This document shows, one piece after another, positions 31,181 to 41,277 of a stretch of DNA of 64,000 nucleotides. Source of the DNA: an uncultured Actinomycetota bacterium (GTDB lineage Bacteria > Actinomycetota > Actinomycetes > Propionibacteriales > Nocardioidaceae). How positions within the stretch are numbered: the stretch's first letter is position 1; every line of letters starts with the position of its first letter. Location: NCBI GenBank assembly GCA_963768905.1, contig CAVYJQ010000009.1, positions 92,565-156,564 on the forward strand. Reading direction: 5' to 3'. A program made the translations under genes and the position numbers. The notes below the pieces were generated by a model, which was not told where the DNA came from, made no database searches, and saw only the letters and a list, made by a program, of their open reading frames with translations.

Positions 31181-31977
31181 CGGGCCTCCGTCTCCGCCGC
31201 GCCGTCGGCCGTGACGCCGGGTGGCAGCTGCTCGGGCGGGAGCGGATCGACCAGCTCGGGTCCGTTGTTGCGCACGCTGTTGACGGCCGTGGACACGGGG
31301 TACGCCTCGAGGCGCCCGGGCGCAGCCGGGACGAGCAGGCCGCGCAGTACGTCGGGGTCGTTGGCCGCTGGGTCGAGCCATGCGGCGTACCGCTCGGGCT
31401 CGACGAGGAGCGGCATCCGGTCGTGGATGTGCCCCACGGCGTCCTCGGCGGTCGTCGTCAGCACCGTGCACGTCCACTTGAACCGCAGCGGGTCGTCTTC
31501 GTCGCGGGTCGGGTCGCGCCAGATCTCGTAAAGCCCGGCCATCGCCATCACGCCGCCGTCGGCCGGGTGGATGAAGAACGGCTGCTTGAGTGGCTTGCCG
31601 GCCTTGGTGAGCTGCTGGGTCGGGTACCACTCGAAGTACCCGTCGGCCGGCAGCAGGCAGCGTCGGCTCGCGAACGCCTTGCGGTACGCCGGCTTCTCGT
31701 GGACGGTCTCCATCCGAGCGTTGATCATCTTGTTGCCGATCGCGGGGTCCTTGGCCCAGAACGGCACCAAGCCCCAACTGAGCACGCGGAGCTGCCGCTC
31801 GGCGACGGTCGCGGACTCGTCCTCACCGCGCGGCGGCCGCTGCAGGACGGCGTACACCGGCTTGGTCGGGGCCACGTTGTAGTCCGGGGCCAGCGCCTCC
31901 TTGACCTCGACACGGTCGATCTCGAACTCCTCGACGAGATCCTCCGGGCGACGGCTCGATGCGTAGCGACCACACAT
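31177..31977 (-). CDS. SOS response-associated peptidase (SRAP/YedK)
   Basis: N-terminal MCGRY, YNVAPT, WGLVP, INARMET, HDRMP. Confidence 0.95.
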   Translation of the reverse strand: MCGRYASSRRPEDLVEEFEIDRVEVKEALAPDYNVAPTKPVYAVLQRPPRGEDESATVAERQLRVLSWGLVPFWAKDPAIGNKMINARMETVHEKPAYRKAFASRRCLLPADGYFEWYPTQQLTKAGKPLKQPFFIHPADGGVMAMAGLYEIWRDPTRDEDDPLRFKWTCTVLTTTAEDAVGHIHDRMPLLVEPERYAAWLDPAANDPDVLRGLLVPAAPGRLEAYPVSTAVNSVRNNGPELVDPLPPEQLPPGVTADGAAETEAR

Positions 31978-32010
31978 GCGGCCAGGCTAGCGGCCGACCG
32001 TTCCGGTGGT

Positions 32011-32052
32011 CGGTGGTCTCGACAAGCTCGACCAGCGGGGCTCGAGCCAGCG
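32011..32052 (+). repeat. Palindromic element with partial 3' duplication
   Basis: cggtggtctcgacaagctcgaccagcgggg-ctcgagccagcg. Confidence 0.88.
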
Positions 32053-32053
32053 G

Positions 32054-32806
32054 TTAGCGGGCGAGCTCGTCCAGGAGGCTGGATGCAGAGTCCGTGGTGA
32101 CCGGCAGCCCCTCGATCCAGACCCGGGCGTCGGACGCGCCGATGCCGAGATCGTCGAGATACTCGACCAGGGTCGCGACAGCCGTACCGAGGTCGGGGGT
32201 CCTGTTCACCAGAGCGACCGCACGGTTCTGCCCGAGTCGGCCAATCGTCTGGCCGCCCGAGAACACCGCCCGAACGGCCTCCGCGACCTGGCAGAGCTTG
32301 AGGGCACGGCTGAAGTGGTGCTCGGCCACGGCCTCGTGACCGCGGCTGCGCAGAGACACGATGACCAGCGCGTGGCTGACTTGGACGCTCACGTCGGTGA
32401 GCTCGGCGTCGCGGTAGACCTCGGAGAGCCGGGTCCGGACGTGGGCAAGGCTGGCGAGGCCCGTCAGTGGGTCCTCGCAGGACAGGTCGTGGAGGTACTC
32501 CAGGGTGGCCTCGCTCCAGGCGACGGAGAGCGCCTCGGTCGCGTCGAAGTCGGGCAGCGTCCCCCTCACCAGGGAGTACGCCGTGCGCAGCCCGGACAGT
32601 GCCTCTCCCAGGGAGGCACCGTCGCGGGCTACGTCACCACCGACCACACTGCAGGCGGCGTTGACATCCCCCCCGGACGCCAGGGCCTCCCCAACCACCT
32701 CGAACCGCATCGGCATCGCCTGCCGGAGCGCTTCGGGCAGTTCCCCTCCCTGGCACTGCAAGACCACGTCGGGCTTCCGGCGCGTGAAGGCGGTGAAGCC
32801 AGCCAT
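32054..32806 (-). CDS. Hypothetical protein with degenerate GGDEF-like domain
   Basis: EDPLTGL entry motif, with RLGQNR at the position of RxGGDEF. Confidence 0.65.
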   Translation of the reverse strand: MAGFTAFTRRKPDVVLQCQGGELPEALRQAMPMRFEVVGEALASGGDVNAACSVVGGDVARDGASLGEALSGLRTAYSLVRGTLPDFDATEALSVAWSEATLEYLHDLSCEDPLTGLASLAHVRTRLSEVYRDAELTDVSVQVSHALVIVSLRSRGHEAVAEHHFSRALKLCQVAEAVRAVFSGGQTIGRLGQNRAVALVNRTPDLGTAVATLVEYLDDLGIGASDARVWIEGLPVTTDSASSLLDELAR

Positions 32807-33063
32807 GGCAGCACCTCCATCACCCGGTTGCCGAACGCCCCCTCAAGCGCTCATCCAACGGCCTTGCACAGGTGAAACGGAGGAGGAAACGGACTATGAC
32901 GGCGTTTCCCGAAAGTTTTTCTCGTCGGCTGTCCGAATCAGGAACTAGGTGAAGAAAGTGCCGACAGGCCCGCGCCGACGCGCTGCGGGGTCTACCGTGG
33001 TCCAGGGATGCACGGGGGGCCGTCACCTCACGGCCCGTCAGGCGTTCACCATGGTGAAGACCG

Positions 33064-36000
33064 ATGACGGAACTGCTGCACGACCTCGACACGACCAGCG
33101 ACGCCGAGCTGATCTCGCGCGTACGCGGGGGAGACGTTGCTGCCTACGGCGACCTGTTCACCCGTCACGTCGACGCCGCCACGCGGCTGAGCAAGCAGCT
33201 GGTCCGCGGGCCGGACGCCGATGACCTGGTCTCCGAAGCGTTCACGAAGGTGCTCCACGTGCTGCAGGGCGGGGGCGGCCCGGATGTCGCGTTTCGCGCC
33301 TACCTGCTGACGGCGGTACGCCGCCTGCACGTCGACAAGGTCCGCGCCGGCTCGCGGCTGCAGTCTTCGGACGACATGACGATGTTCGACCCGGGCGTCC
33401 CGTTCCAGGACACCGCGGTGGCGGCGTTCGAGAACGGCGCAGCGGCCCAGGCGTTCGCCAGCCTCCCGGAGCGCTGGCAGCTGGTGCTGTGGCACCTCGA
33501 GGTCGAGGGCCAGAAGCCCGCCGAGATCGCTCCCCTGCTCGGGATGAGCGCGAACTCGGTCTCGGCCCTGGCCTACCGCGCACGGGAGGGCCTGCGCCAG
33601 GCCTTCCTCACCATGCACCTCAACGACATCTCCGACACGGAGTGCCGCTGGGTCAACGAGCATCTCGGCGCCTACGTCCGCAACGGTCTGTCCAAGCGTG
33701 ATGCCGGCAAGGTCGAGGCGCACCTCGAGGGATGCCGACGCTGCTCGGCGATGTACCTCGAGCTCACTGACGTGAACTCCAACCTCGCCGCGATCATCGG
33801 GCCGCTGCTGCTCGGCGCTGCCGCAGCGGGGTACCTCGCCTCCACCGGCAGCGCCGCCGGGGGCCTCGGACTGATGTCGCTCTTCGGCCGGGTCAGGGAC
33901 ACCGTGACGGCGAACTCCGGCGCGGCCGCCGCGGGGGCGATCGCCGCCAGCGTGGCCGCCGCCGCCACGGCCGGCTTCCTGCTGCTGCCGAGCGACCAAG
34001 ACGTGCGTCGGGCGGGCGAGCCGACCGGGATCACCTCCACGCCGTCCGCGCCCGACGACACAGCCGCTCAAGACGACGACCCCGCGAAGCCGGACAAGGG
34101 GCAGGACGAGGCCGGGCTCGACGAGTCGGATGACGCCCTGCCGGAGGACGCCGGAGTGACCGGCGCGGAGGACGCACCGGGCACTGACCCCGCCGGCTTC
34201 GAGCCGGGAGCCCCCGGCGAAGGCACCCTGCCGCCCCCCGCGACCGACCCCGGTACAGACCCCAACCCCAACCCCGGCCCGGGACCCGGCCCCGGTCCCG
34301 ACCCGAACCCGGGACCCGACCCTGACCCCGGTCCCGACCCGAACCCGGGGCCTGACCCCGACCCAGGTCCCGGCCCTGACCCGGGACCCGATCCCGGTCC
34401 CGGGCCCGATCCCGGCCCCGGAACTCCGCCGCTGGTGTCGTCCGACCTGACCTTCGCCGCCCAGCCCGCGCTGACCGGCAGCGAGGTGACCTTCACGGTC
34501 CAGGGCTCGCCCAACCTCCCGCCCACGATCAGCGTGGCGCTGTCCGACGACCCGTCGGGCTCGGGCATCACCTTCGCGGACGGCGGCAACTGCGCACCGA
34601 ATCTCGTCGACCCGACCAAGGCGACGTGCGCGACGGCGAACCCGCTCGTCGCGAGCCCGTTCATGCGCGCCACTGCGAACGCCGAGGGCCAGTCCTTCAC
34701 CGCCAGGATCCCGCTGCGTATCCCCACGTCAGCGCCCGACACCTGGCTGACCGTGACCGTCTCGGTCCCCACGGGCTACGACGACCCTCAGCCGAGCGAC
34801 AACAGCAGCACGCGGTTCTTCTACGACGCCCCGGGTGTCGCGCCCATCGCCGACGTACGGCTGACGCTCCCCAAGGAGACCCCGCCCCAGCAGGACGGCG
34901 GCTACACCCTGACCGGCACCGTCAGCGGCATCCCCGCGGGCTACCGGGGCAACGCCACCTTCACCCTGAACGGCGCCGCGCGTCTCACCGGCTCGGGCAC
35001 ACCCGGCTGCACCGCCACCGGCGACAAGACACTGACCTGCACCGCCCCCAGCAACGGCGACGTGAACATCCAGCTCGCCGCCGACGACAAGAGCAGCGAC
35101 ACGGGCATCACCCTCACCCTCGCCAAGCTCGACGGGTACGACGACGACAACCTCGACAACAACGACGCCGCCACGACGCTCAAGGCGGTCCCCGCCCCGA
35201 AGGCCGACGTGGCGCTCACGCTGCCCGCGGACGCCCAGCCCGGTGACACCGGCGGCTACTCCGTCACCGGCAAGGTCAGCGGCATCCCCGCCGACTACCA
35301 GGGCGAAGCCACCTACACCCTCTCCGGTGCCGCCCGTCTCACCGGCTCCGGCACACCCGGGTGCACCGCCACCGACGACACCCTGACCTGCACCACCCCC
35401 AGCAACGGCGACGTGAACTTCCAGCTCATAGCCGACAACAACACCACTGACACATCGGTCACCCTCACCGTCGGCAAGCTCAACGGGTACGACGACGGCA
35501 ACCTCGCCAACAACGACGCCACCTCCACGCTCAAGGCCGCCGAGAAGGGCAGTCTGAGCTACACGTCAGGCCCGACCGCGGTCCTCCAGGCCAACAAGAA
35601 CTATCTGGTCTCGGCCACGGTGGCCGGGATCCCGGCCGGCACACAGGTGGTCACGTTCCGGTTCCCGGACCCGCAGCAGGCCTTCGAGCTGCCGGTGATC
35701 CCGGTCTGCACCATCGTCGACGCGCGGACGATGACCTGTCCGGTGGTTCCCGGTGCAACAACGCTCGACGTGGTGTTCGGCGCGAAGCTTCCGGCCGGCC
35801 GGGGCAGCCTCCTCGCTCAGGTCGGTGACCTGAGCGTCTCCGGTGCGATCGGCGAGGGTCCGGTGGCCGCGGTCACCAGCCCGGAGTCCGTCGTACAGAA
35901 GTCGCTCGCGTCGCCCACCCCGTCGTCGTCCCGGTTGGCGCCCAGCGCGCAGGCCGATACGACGTCCCCCGACAGCAAGAAGCTTCCGGTGGCCAAGCCG

Positions 36001-36207
36001 ACCAAGGCGACCAAGAAGTCCGCGAAGCCGAGCCGACCGGCCACGTCACCTCAGGAGCCCGGCAAACCCGCGCCCCGGCAGGATGCTGAGCGCACGACAA
36101 CGTTGGTCCAGGAGCAGGTGAAGCCGCGAGACCGCCAACCCGAGCTGGCACAACTGCTCGACCGTGGGGTGGGTCGCGCCGACGAACGAGCACCAGGGCT
36201 GCCCTAG
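33064..36207 (+). CDS. ECF sigma factor with fused zinc finger, hydrophobic segments and long C-terminal extension
   Basis: Sigma2 (DDLVSEAF..FRAYLL), sigma4 (LPERWQ..EIAPLLG..LAYRAREGLR), C..HLEGCRRC, Ala/Gly hydrophobic stretch, (PGPD)n, tandem 118-aa domains. Confidence 0.9.
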   Translation: MTELLHDLDTTSDAELISRVRGGDVAAYGDLFTRHVDAATRLSKQLVRGPDADDLVSEAFTKVLHVLQGGGGPDVAFRAYLLTAVRRLHVDKVRAGSRLQSSDDMTMFDPGVPFQDTAVAAFENGAAAQAFASLPERWQLVLWHLEVEGQKPAEIAPLLGMSANSVSALAYRAREGLRQAFLTMHLNDISDTECRWVNEHLGAYVRNGLSKRDAGKVEAHLEGCRRCSAMYLELTDVNSNLAAIIGPLLLGAAAAGYLASTGSAAGGLGLMSLFGRVRDTVTANSGAAAAGAIAASVAAAATAGFLLLPSDQDVRRAGEPTGITSTPSAPDDTAAQDDDPAKPDKGQDEAGLDESDDALPEDAGVTGAEDAPGTDPAGFEPGAPGEGTLPPPATDPGTDPNPNPGPGPGPGPDPNPGPDPDPGPDPNPGPDPDPGPGPDPGPDPGPGPDPGPGTPPLVSSDLTFAAQPALTGSEVTFTVQGSPNLPPTISVALSDDPSGSGITFADGGNCAPNLVDPTKATCATANPLVASPFMRATANAEGQSFTARIPLRIPTSAPDTWLTVTVSVPTGYDDPQPSDNSSTRFFYDAPGVAPIADVRLTLPKETPPQQDGGYTLTGTVSGIPAGYRGNATFTLNGAARLTGSGTPGCTATGDKTLTCTAPSNGDVNIQLAADDKSSDTGITLTLAKLDGYDDDNLDNNDAATTLKAVPAPKADVALTLPADAQPGDTGGYSVTGKVSGIPADYQGEATYTLSGAARLTGSGTPGCTATDDTLTCTTPSNGDVNFQLIADNNTTDTSVTLTVGKLNGYDDGNLANNDATSTLKAAEKGSLSYTSGPTAVLQANKNYLVSATVAGIPAGTQVVTFRFPDPQQAFELPVIPVCTIVDARTMTCPVVPGATTLDVVFGAKLPAGRGSLLAQVGDLSVSGAIGEGPVAAVTSPESVVQKSLASPTPSSSRLAPSAQADTTSPDSKKLPVAKPTKATKKSAKPSRPATSPQEPGKPAPRQDAERTTTLVQEQVKPRDRQPELAQLLDRGVGRADERAPGLP
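34240..34421 (+). repeat. (PGPD/PNPG)n coding microrepeat
   Basis: Repeated cccggcccg / gacccg units. Confidence 0.85.
34849..35538 (+). repeat. Two 354-nt-period intragenic domain repeats
   Basis: ADVxLTLP..GGY..TG.VSGIPA.Y.G.AT.TL.GAARLTGSGTPGCTAT..TLTCT.PSNGDVN.QL..GYDD.NL.NNDA at 34849 and 35203. Confidence 0.9.
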
Positions 36208-36235
36208 ATCACCGTCGATCGGGTATGAAAGACCC

Positions 36236-36769
36236 ATGACCTTGATCAGACTCGTCGCGCGTCCGATGCTGGCCTCCATGTTCGTCGCCGCTGGGGTGAA
36301 CGCGTTACGCAACACCGAGGCCGTCACCCAACGGGCGAAGCCGGTGACCGACCGGTTCAGCCGCACCGCCGTCAAGGTGGCCCCAACCGCTCCGATCCCC
36401 GACGACCCCAAGACGCTGGTGCGGATGCATGCGGGCGTCCAGATCGCCGCCGGTCTGGCCTTCGCCACCGGCCGGGCTCCTCGACTGTCGGCCACCGTGC
36501 TGGCGGCCTCGATGCTGCCGACGGTCTCGGCCGGACACCCGTTCTGGGAGGAGTCCGACCCCGAGCTCCGCGCCAACGAGCGGTCGCACTTCTTCAAGAA
36601 CGTGTCGATGCTCGGCGGCCTCTTCCTCGCAGCCGTCGACACCGAGGGCAAGCCCGGCGTTGCCTGGCGGGCCAAGCACTCGATCGGCAGCGCGCGTCGC
36701 GAGGCGAAGCACCTCCGCAAGCAGACGCGAGCTCAGGCACGCCTGGCGGCCAAGTCAGTCCGTGGCTGA
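36236..36769 (+). CDS. DoxX family membrane protein
   Basis: RLVARPMLASMF, AGHPFWEE, FFKNVSMLGGL, DTEGKP. Confidence 0.9.
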   Translation: MTLIRLVARPMLASMFVAAGVNALRNTEAVTQRAKPVTDRFSRTAVKVAPTAPIPDDPKTLVRMHAGVQIAAGLAFATGRAPRLSATVLAASMLPTVSAGHPFWEESDPELRANERSHFFKNVSMLGGLFLAAVDTEGKPGVAWRAKHSIGSARREAKHLRKQTRAQARLAAKSVRG

Positions 36770-36808
36770 CCGGCAGGTCCCTGCGCTGACAGCGATATCC
36801 TCGGGGCG

Positions 36809-38086
36809 ATGAGCGACGACCCCACCGCCGACCACTGGCCCGCACCCCACGCCACCGGGCCGATCCGCGCGACCGTGTCGCTGCCCGGCTCCAAGTCCCT
36901 CACCAACCGGGCGTTGGTGCTCGCCGCGCTGTCCGACGGTCCGAGCGTCGTACGCCGGGCTCTGCGGTCCCGCGACACCGAGCTGATGGCGGCGGCCCTG
37001 ACCGCGCTCGGGTCGCCCATCGACACCACCGGTGACGACTGGAAGGTGACGCCCGGTGCGATCCGTGGCGGCGCCGACGTGCACTGCGGCCTGGCCGGCA
37101 CCGTGATGAGGTTCGTCCCCGCGGTAGCCGGTCTCGCCGACGGTGCGGTGATCTTCGACGGCGACCCGCACGCACGCACACGGCCCATGGACGAGGTGCT
37201 GCGTGCGCTGCGAGGGCTCGGCGTGACCGTGGACGATGGTGGGCGCGGCACGCTGCCGTTCACGGTGCAGGGCACCGGTCGGGTCCGCGGCGGCCCGGTC
37301 ACCATCGACGCATCGGCGTCCAGCCAGTTCATCTCCGCCCTGCTGCTGGCCGCCCCGCGGTACGACGAGGGCGTCGACGTACGCCACGAGGGGCCGCCCG
37401 TCCCGTCGCTCCCCCACATCGAGATGACCGTCCAGCAGCTCCGGCTGCACGGGGTCACCGTCGACGACAGCGAGCCGGACCGCTGGCACGTCGCCCCCGG
37501 CCCGATCCGGGCGGTCGACGTCGCCATCGAGCCCGACCTCTCCAACGCCGCCCCGTTCCTCGCCGCTGGGTTGCTCAGCGGCGGGAGCGTCACGGTGCGT
37601 GACTGGCCGCGCGAGACCACCCAGGCCGGCGACGCCTTGCGCGACATCCTGGCCCGGATGGGCGCCGACGTGGCCCTGGACGACACCGGGCTGACGGTGT
37701 CGGGATCGGGCCGGCTCCAGGGCATCGACTACGACCTGCACGACGTCGGCGAGCTCACGCCGGCCATCGCCGCGCTGTGCGCGCTGGCCGAGACTCCGTC
37801 CCGGCTGTCCGGCATCGGGCACATCCGCGGCCACGAGACCGACCGGCTCGCCGCGTTGGCCACCGAGCTGAACCGGCTGGGCGGTCAGGTCTCGGAGACC
37901 GACGACGGCCTGGTCATCCAGCCCGCGACCCTGAGCGGCGGCACGTTCCACACCTACGCCGACCACCGGATGGCGCACGCAGCGGTCGTCCTCGGCGTTG
38001 CCGTGGAGGGCGTGCTCGTCGAGAACATCGCCACCACGGCCAAGACCTTCCCCGGGTTCGACGTCGCCTGGTCGAGGCTGTTCTAG
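36809..38086 (+). CDS. aroA: EPSP synthase
   Basis: [43 protein letters not shown]. Confidence 0.97.
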   Translation: MSDDPTADHWPAPHATGPIRATVSLPGSKSLTNRALVLAALSDGPSVVRRALRSRDTELMAAALTALGSPIDTTGDDWKVTPGAIRGGADVHCGLAGTVMRFVPAVAGLADGAVIFDGDPHARTRPMDEVLRALRGLGVTVDDGGRGTLPFTVQGTGRVRGGPVTIDASASSQFISALLLAAPRYDEGVDVRHEGPPVPSLPHIEMTVQQLRLHGVTVDDSEPDRWHVAPGPIRAVDVAIEPDLSNAAPFLAAGLLSGGSVTVRDWPRETTQAGDALRDILARMGADVALDDTGLTVSGSGRLQGIDYDLHDVGELTPAIAALCALAETPSRLSGIGHIRGHETDRLAALATELNRLGGQVSETDDGLVIQPATLSGGTFHTYADHRMAHAAVVLGVAVEGVLVENIATTAKTFPGFDVAWSRLF

Positions 38087-39078
38087 GTGCCCCGGTACGA
38101 CGAGTACGACCACGAGAAGTTCGACCGGCCGCGGCGCCGCACGCGCCCGCGCACCAAGGACCGTCCCAGCTACGACGACGCCGTGGACGCCACCGTCATC
38201 ACGGTCGACCGCGGGCGCTACACCTGCCTGGTCGACGGCCAGAAGGTGATGGCGATGAAGTCCCGGCCGCTCGGCCGGAAGGGCGTGGTGGTCGGCGACC
38301 ACGTGCGCATCGTCGGTGACGTGTCGGGGGACGACGGATCGCTCGCCCGCATCGTCGAGGTGCAGGAGCGCCGCGGGGTGCTGCGTCGTACGGCCGACGA
38401 CGACGACCCGATCGAGCGGGTCATCGTCGCGAACGCCGACCAGCTCGTGGTGGTGGCGGCCCTCGCCGACCCCGAGCCACGCGCCCCGGCTCATCGACCG
38501 CGCGCTGGTGGCGGCGTACGACGCGGGGCTGGAGCCCGCTGCTCTGCCTGACCAAGTCCGACCTCGCCGACCCGGAGACGCTGCTGTCGATCTACCGGCC
38601 ACTCGGCGTGCCGTACGTCGTGGCGACGCGCGGCGGCGACCTGTCCCCCGTGCTGGAACGCCTGAGCGGCAAGGTCAGCGTGCTCGTCGGGCACAGCGGC
38701 GTCGGCAAGTCGACGCTGGTCAACGCATTGGTGCCCGGCACCGACCGGGCGATCGGACACGTGAACGCCGTGACCGGGCGCGGCCGGCACACCTCCACGT
38801 CGGCACTCATGCTGGAGCTGCCCGGCGAGGACGGCTGGATCGTCGACACCCCCGGCATCCGGTCGTTCGGCCTCGCCCATGTGCAGCCGGGTCAGCTGAT
38901 CGGCGCCTTCCCCGACCTCGAGGAGCTCACCGACTCCTGCCCGCGCGGGTGCACCCACGGCGAGAGCGAGCCCGAGTGCGGGCTCGACGCGGCGATCGAG
39001 TCAGGCGACACCGAGGCGCCACGGGTGGAGTCGTTCCGACGACTGCTGGCAAGCCGCGAGCGCTCCGAGGAGGACTAG
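38087..39078 (+). CDS. rsgA: Ribosome small subunit-dependent GTPase (two +1 indels near 38483 and 38538)
   Basis: VVGD, VIVANADQ, TKSD, GHSGVGKS, GRGRHTST, DTPG, CPRGCTH..EPEC. Confidence 0.92.
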
Positions 39079-39545
39079 CCCCAGACCGCCCGCGATCCGG
39101 AGTCCCCGGTCAGGACGACGGACGCGAGGACGACGAGCGAGAAGACCACCAGCACGGTCGGCAGCACCGTGTCGAGCATCGGCACCCGGCTCTCGTGGGC
39201 ACCGCGTCCGCTCGCGAGTGATGAGGGACCGCCGAGAGCCCACGCGCCCGCCAAGGTCAGCAACAACAGCACGATGACCAGGATCGACAGCAGCGTGCCG
39301 CGGTCCTGGTGGGTCGAGATGATGCGCTCCAGCTCGGGCCTGCTCTCGAGGAGGGCGTTGCCGCTCAGCCGGGAGACCCAGACGCTGCCGGTGGCCACGA
39401 CGACAAGGGCTACGGCGGGCCAGCGGGTCAGCCACCGGTGTTTCTGCCATACGGCGAACACGATCACGGCCAGCACAGCGAGGGGCACGAACACCACCGC
39501 CGCGTGCACGACGAGAGGGTGCAGCGGCACCCCACCGATCTCCAT
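39075..39545 (-). CDS. DUF2231-like membrane protein
   Basis: GVPLHPLVVHAAVV, TGDSGSRAVW. Confidence 0.85.
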   Translation of the reverse strand: MEIGGVPLHPLVVHAAVVFVPLAVLAVIVFAVWQKHRWLTRWPAVALVVVATGSVWVSRLSGNALLESRPELERIISTHQDRGTLLSILVIVLLLLTLAGAWALGGPSSLASGRGAHESRVPMLDTVLPTVLVVFSLVVLASVVLTGDSGSRAVWG

Positions 39546-39596
39546 GCGTCCACGGTAGCGACTCGACGCGGTTCTCGGGGGCATAGCCTGTCTCTC

Positions 39597-40489
39597 ATGC
39601 CCTCGAATCACACCGATGATCTGCGCCTCGCGCACGTGCTCGCTGACGACGCGGATTCGTTGACGACGAACCGGTTCAAGGCCCAGGACCTGCACGTCGT
39701 GAACAAGCCGGACCTCACCCCGGTGACCGACGCCGACAAGTCGGTCGAGGAGGGCATCCGCCGTACTCTCTCGCGGGCCCGCCCCCGCGACGCCGTCCTC
39801 GGCGAGGAGCAGGGATCGTCCGGCTTCGGCAGCCGACGCTGGATCGTCGACCCGATCGACGGCACCAAGAACTTCGTCCGCGGCGTCCCCGTCTGGGCCA
39901 CGCTGATCGCGCTGATGATCGACGACGAGGTCGTCGTGGGCTGCGTGTCGGCACCCCAGCTGAACCGGCGCTGGTGGGCGTCCGCGGGTGGCGGCGCCTG
40001 GACCGGCCGCTCGCTGCTCAACGCCGCGCCGTGCCGGGTCTCGGACGTCTCGCGGCTCGATGACGCGTCCCTGTCCTACTCGTCGCTCTCCGGCTGGGAC
40101 GAGCGCGGTCGGCTCGACGACTTCCTGGCGCTGTCCCGCCGGTGCTGGCGCACCCGGGCGTTCGGCGACTTCTGGTCCTACATGCTGCTCGCCGAGGGGG
40201 CTGTCGACCTGGCCGCTGAGCCGGAGCTCGAGATCTACGACATGGCCGCGCTCGACGTCATCGTCCGCGAGGCCGGCGGAGCGTTCACCTCGCTCGACGG
40301 CACCCCCGGCCCGCTGGGCGGCAACGCGCTCGCCAGCAACGGCCGCCTGCACGACCAGGCGCTGGCGTTCCTCGGTGCGATGTCGGACCACGACCTCGAC
40401 CCCGACGACTCCCCCAGCAGGGCGGGTCGGTGCACGACCTCAACGAGCGTCGGCGGCCCCAGCCGGAGTCGACTCCCGAGTCCGACTGA
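39597..40489 (+). CDS. hisN: Histidinol-phosphatase, inositol monophosphatase family (probable indel near 40415)
   Basis: KPDLTPVTDAD, GEE, WIVDPIDGTKNF, GDFWSYM, YDMAA. The +1 frame gives a stop at 40489. Confidence 0.88.
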
Positions 40490-41189
40490 ACCTCCGCACC
40501 AGGTACGGCGCGGCCAGCAGCGCGGCGAGGTCGAACCAGCCGTACCCGCCGGCAGCCCCCGAGGGCGGGTTGCCGATGCTCACCCAGCCGGTGAAGTCGA
40601 CGGTCCCCCAGGCCCAGTTGCCGAGGTGGGTCCCCAGCAGCTCCAGCCAGCTGACGACGACGAACGCGCCGATGTAGACCTCCTTCGACGGACCGAAGAC
40701 GAGGAACAGCACCAGGCAGACGTACCAGAACGCGCCCAGCAGGTCGGCGCGGTCCGCAACCAGCAACCCGTGCGCCGCCCACAGGCCCCCGACCACGACG
40801 ACGCCGACCTCCCACCAGGCGCGGCGTCGCTGCACGAAGGCTGCGTGCCCCAGGGCGAACGCCGAGAGGTACACGAGGCCGTGGCCGGGCGGGACGTACG
40901 CCGGCACGTTGTCGAATCGGTAGACGTACACCTCGAGCGTCGGGCTGAAGATGTACTCGACGACGGTCGCGAACGCCACGACGACCGCCGTCTGCGCGCG
41001 TACCAGCGGCGAGACCCGTACCAACGCGAGCGCCAGCACCGACCAGGTCAGCAGACCGAGGCCGCGCTGCAGCCAGATGTCGCCGCCACCGCCCGCCCGG
41101 TCGAGCCAGAGCACGACACTGAGCCAGCCCATCATCACCAGGCTCGCGGGCGCTCCGATGCGGTCGGACGAGGTCTTCACCGGCGACAT
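40440..41189 (-). CDS. Hypothetical membrane protein
   Basis: Multi-TM, YRFDNVPAYVPPGHG, ELLGT..GNW, GNPPSG. 3' end uncertain. Confidence 0.8.
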   Translation of the reverse strand: MSPVKTSSDRIGAPASLVMMGWLSVVLWLDRAGGGGDIWLQRGLGLLTWSVLALALVRVSPLVRAQTAVVVAFATVVEYIFSPTLEVYVYRFDNVPAYVPPGHGLVYLSAFALGHAAFVQRRRAWWEVGVVVVGGLWAAHGLLVADRADLLGAFWYVCLVLFLVFGPSKEVYIGAFVVVSWLELLGTHLGNWAWGTVDFTGWVSIGNPPSGAAGGYGWFDLAALLAAPYLVRRFSRTRESTPAGAADAR

Positions 41190-41277
41190 TCTCGCAGCCG
41201 GGCCGAGATTCCTACCGCCGGTCCGGAATAGTGACTAGCCTCGACGTAAAGGCCCCCGACGAAGGAGAACACACCGG

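Noticed and set aside
39309-41231. 640-aa 'extended' HisN, and 716-aa ABC ATPase (42649..44799)
   Set aside because: The extensions are read-through caused by indels into overlapping genes.
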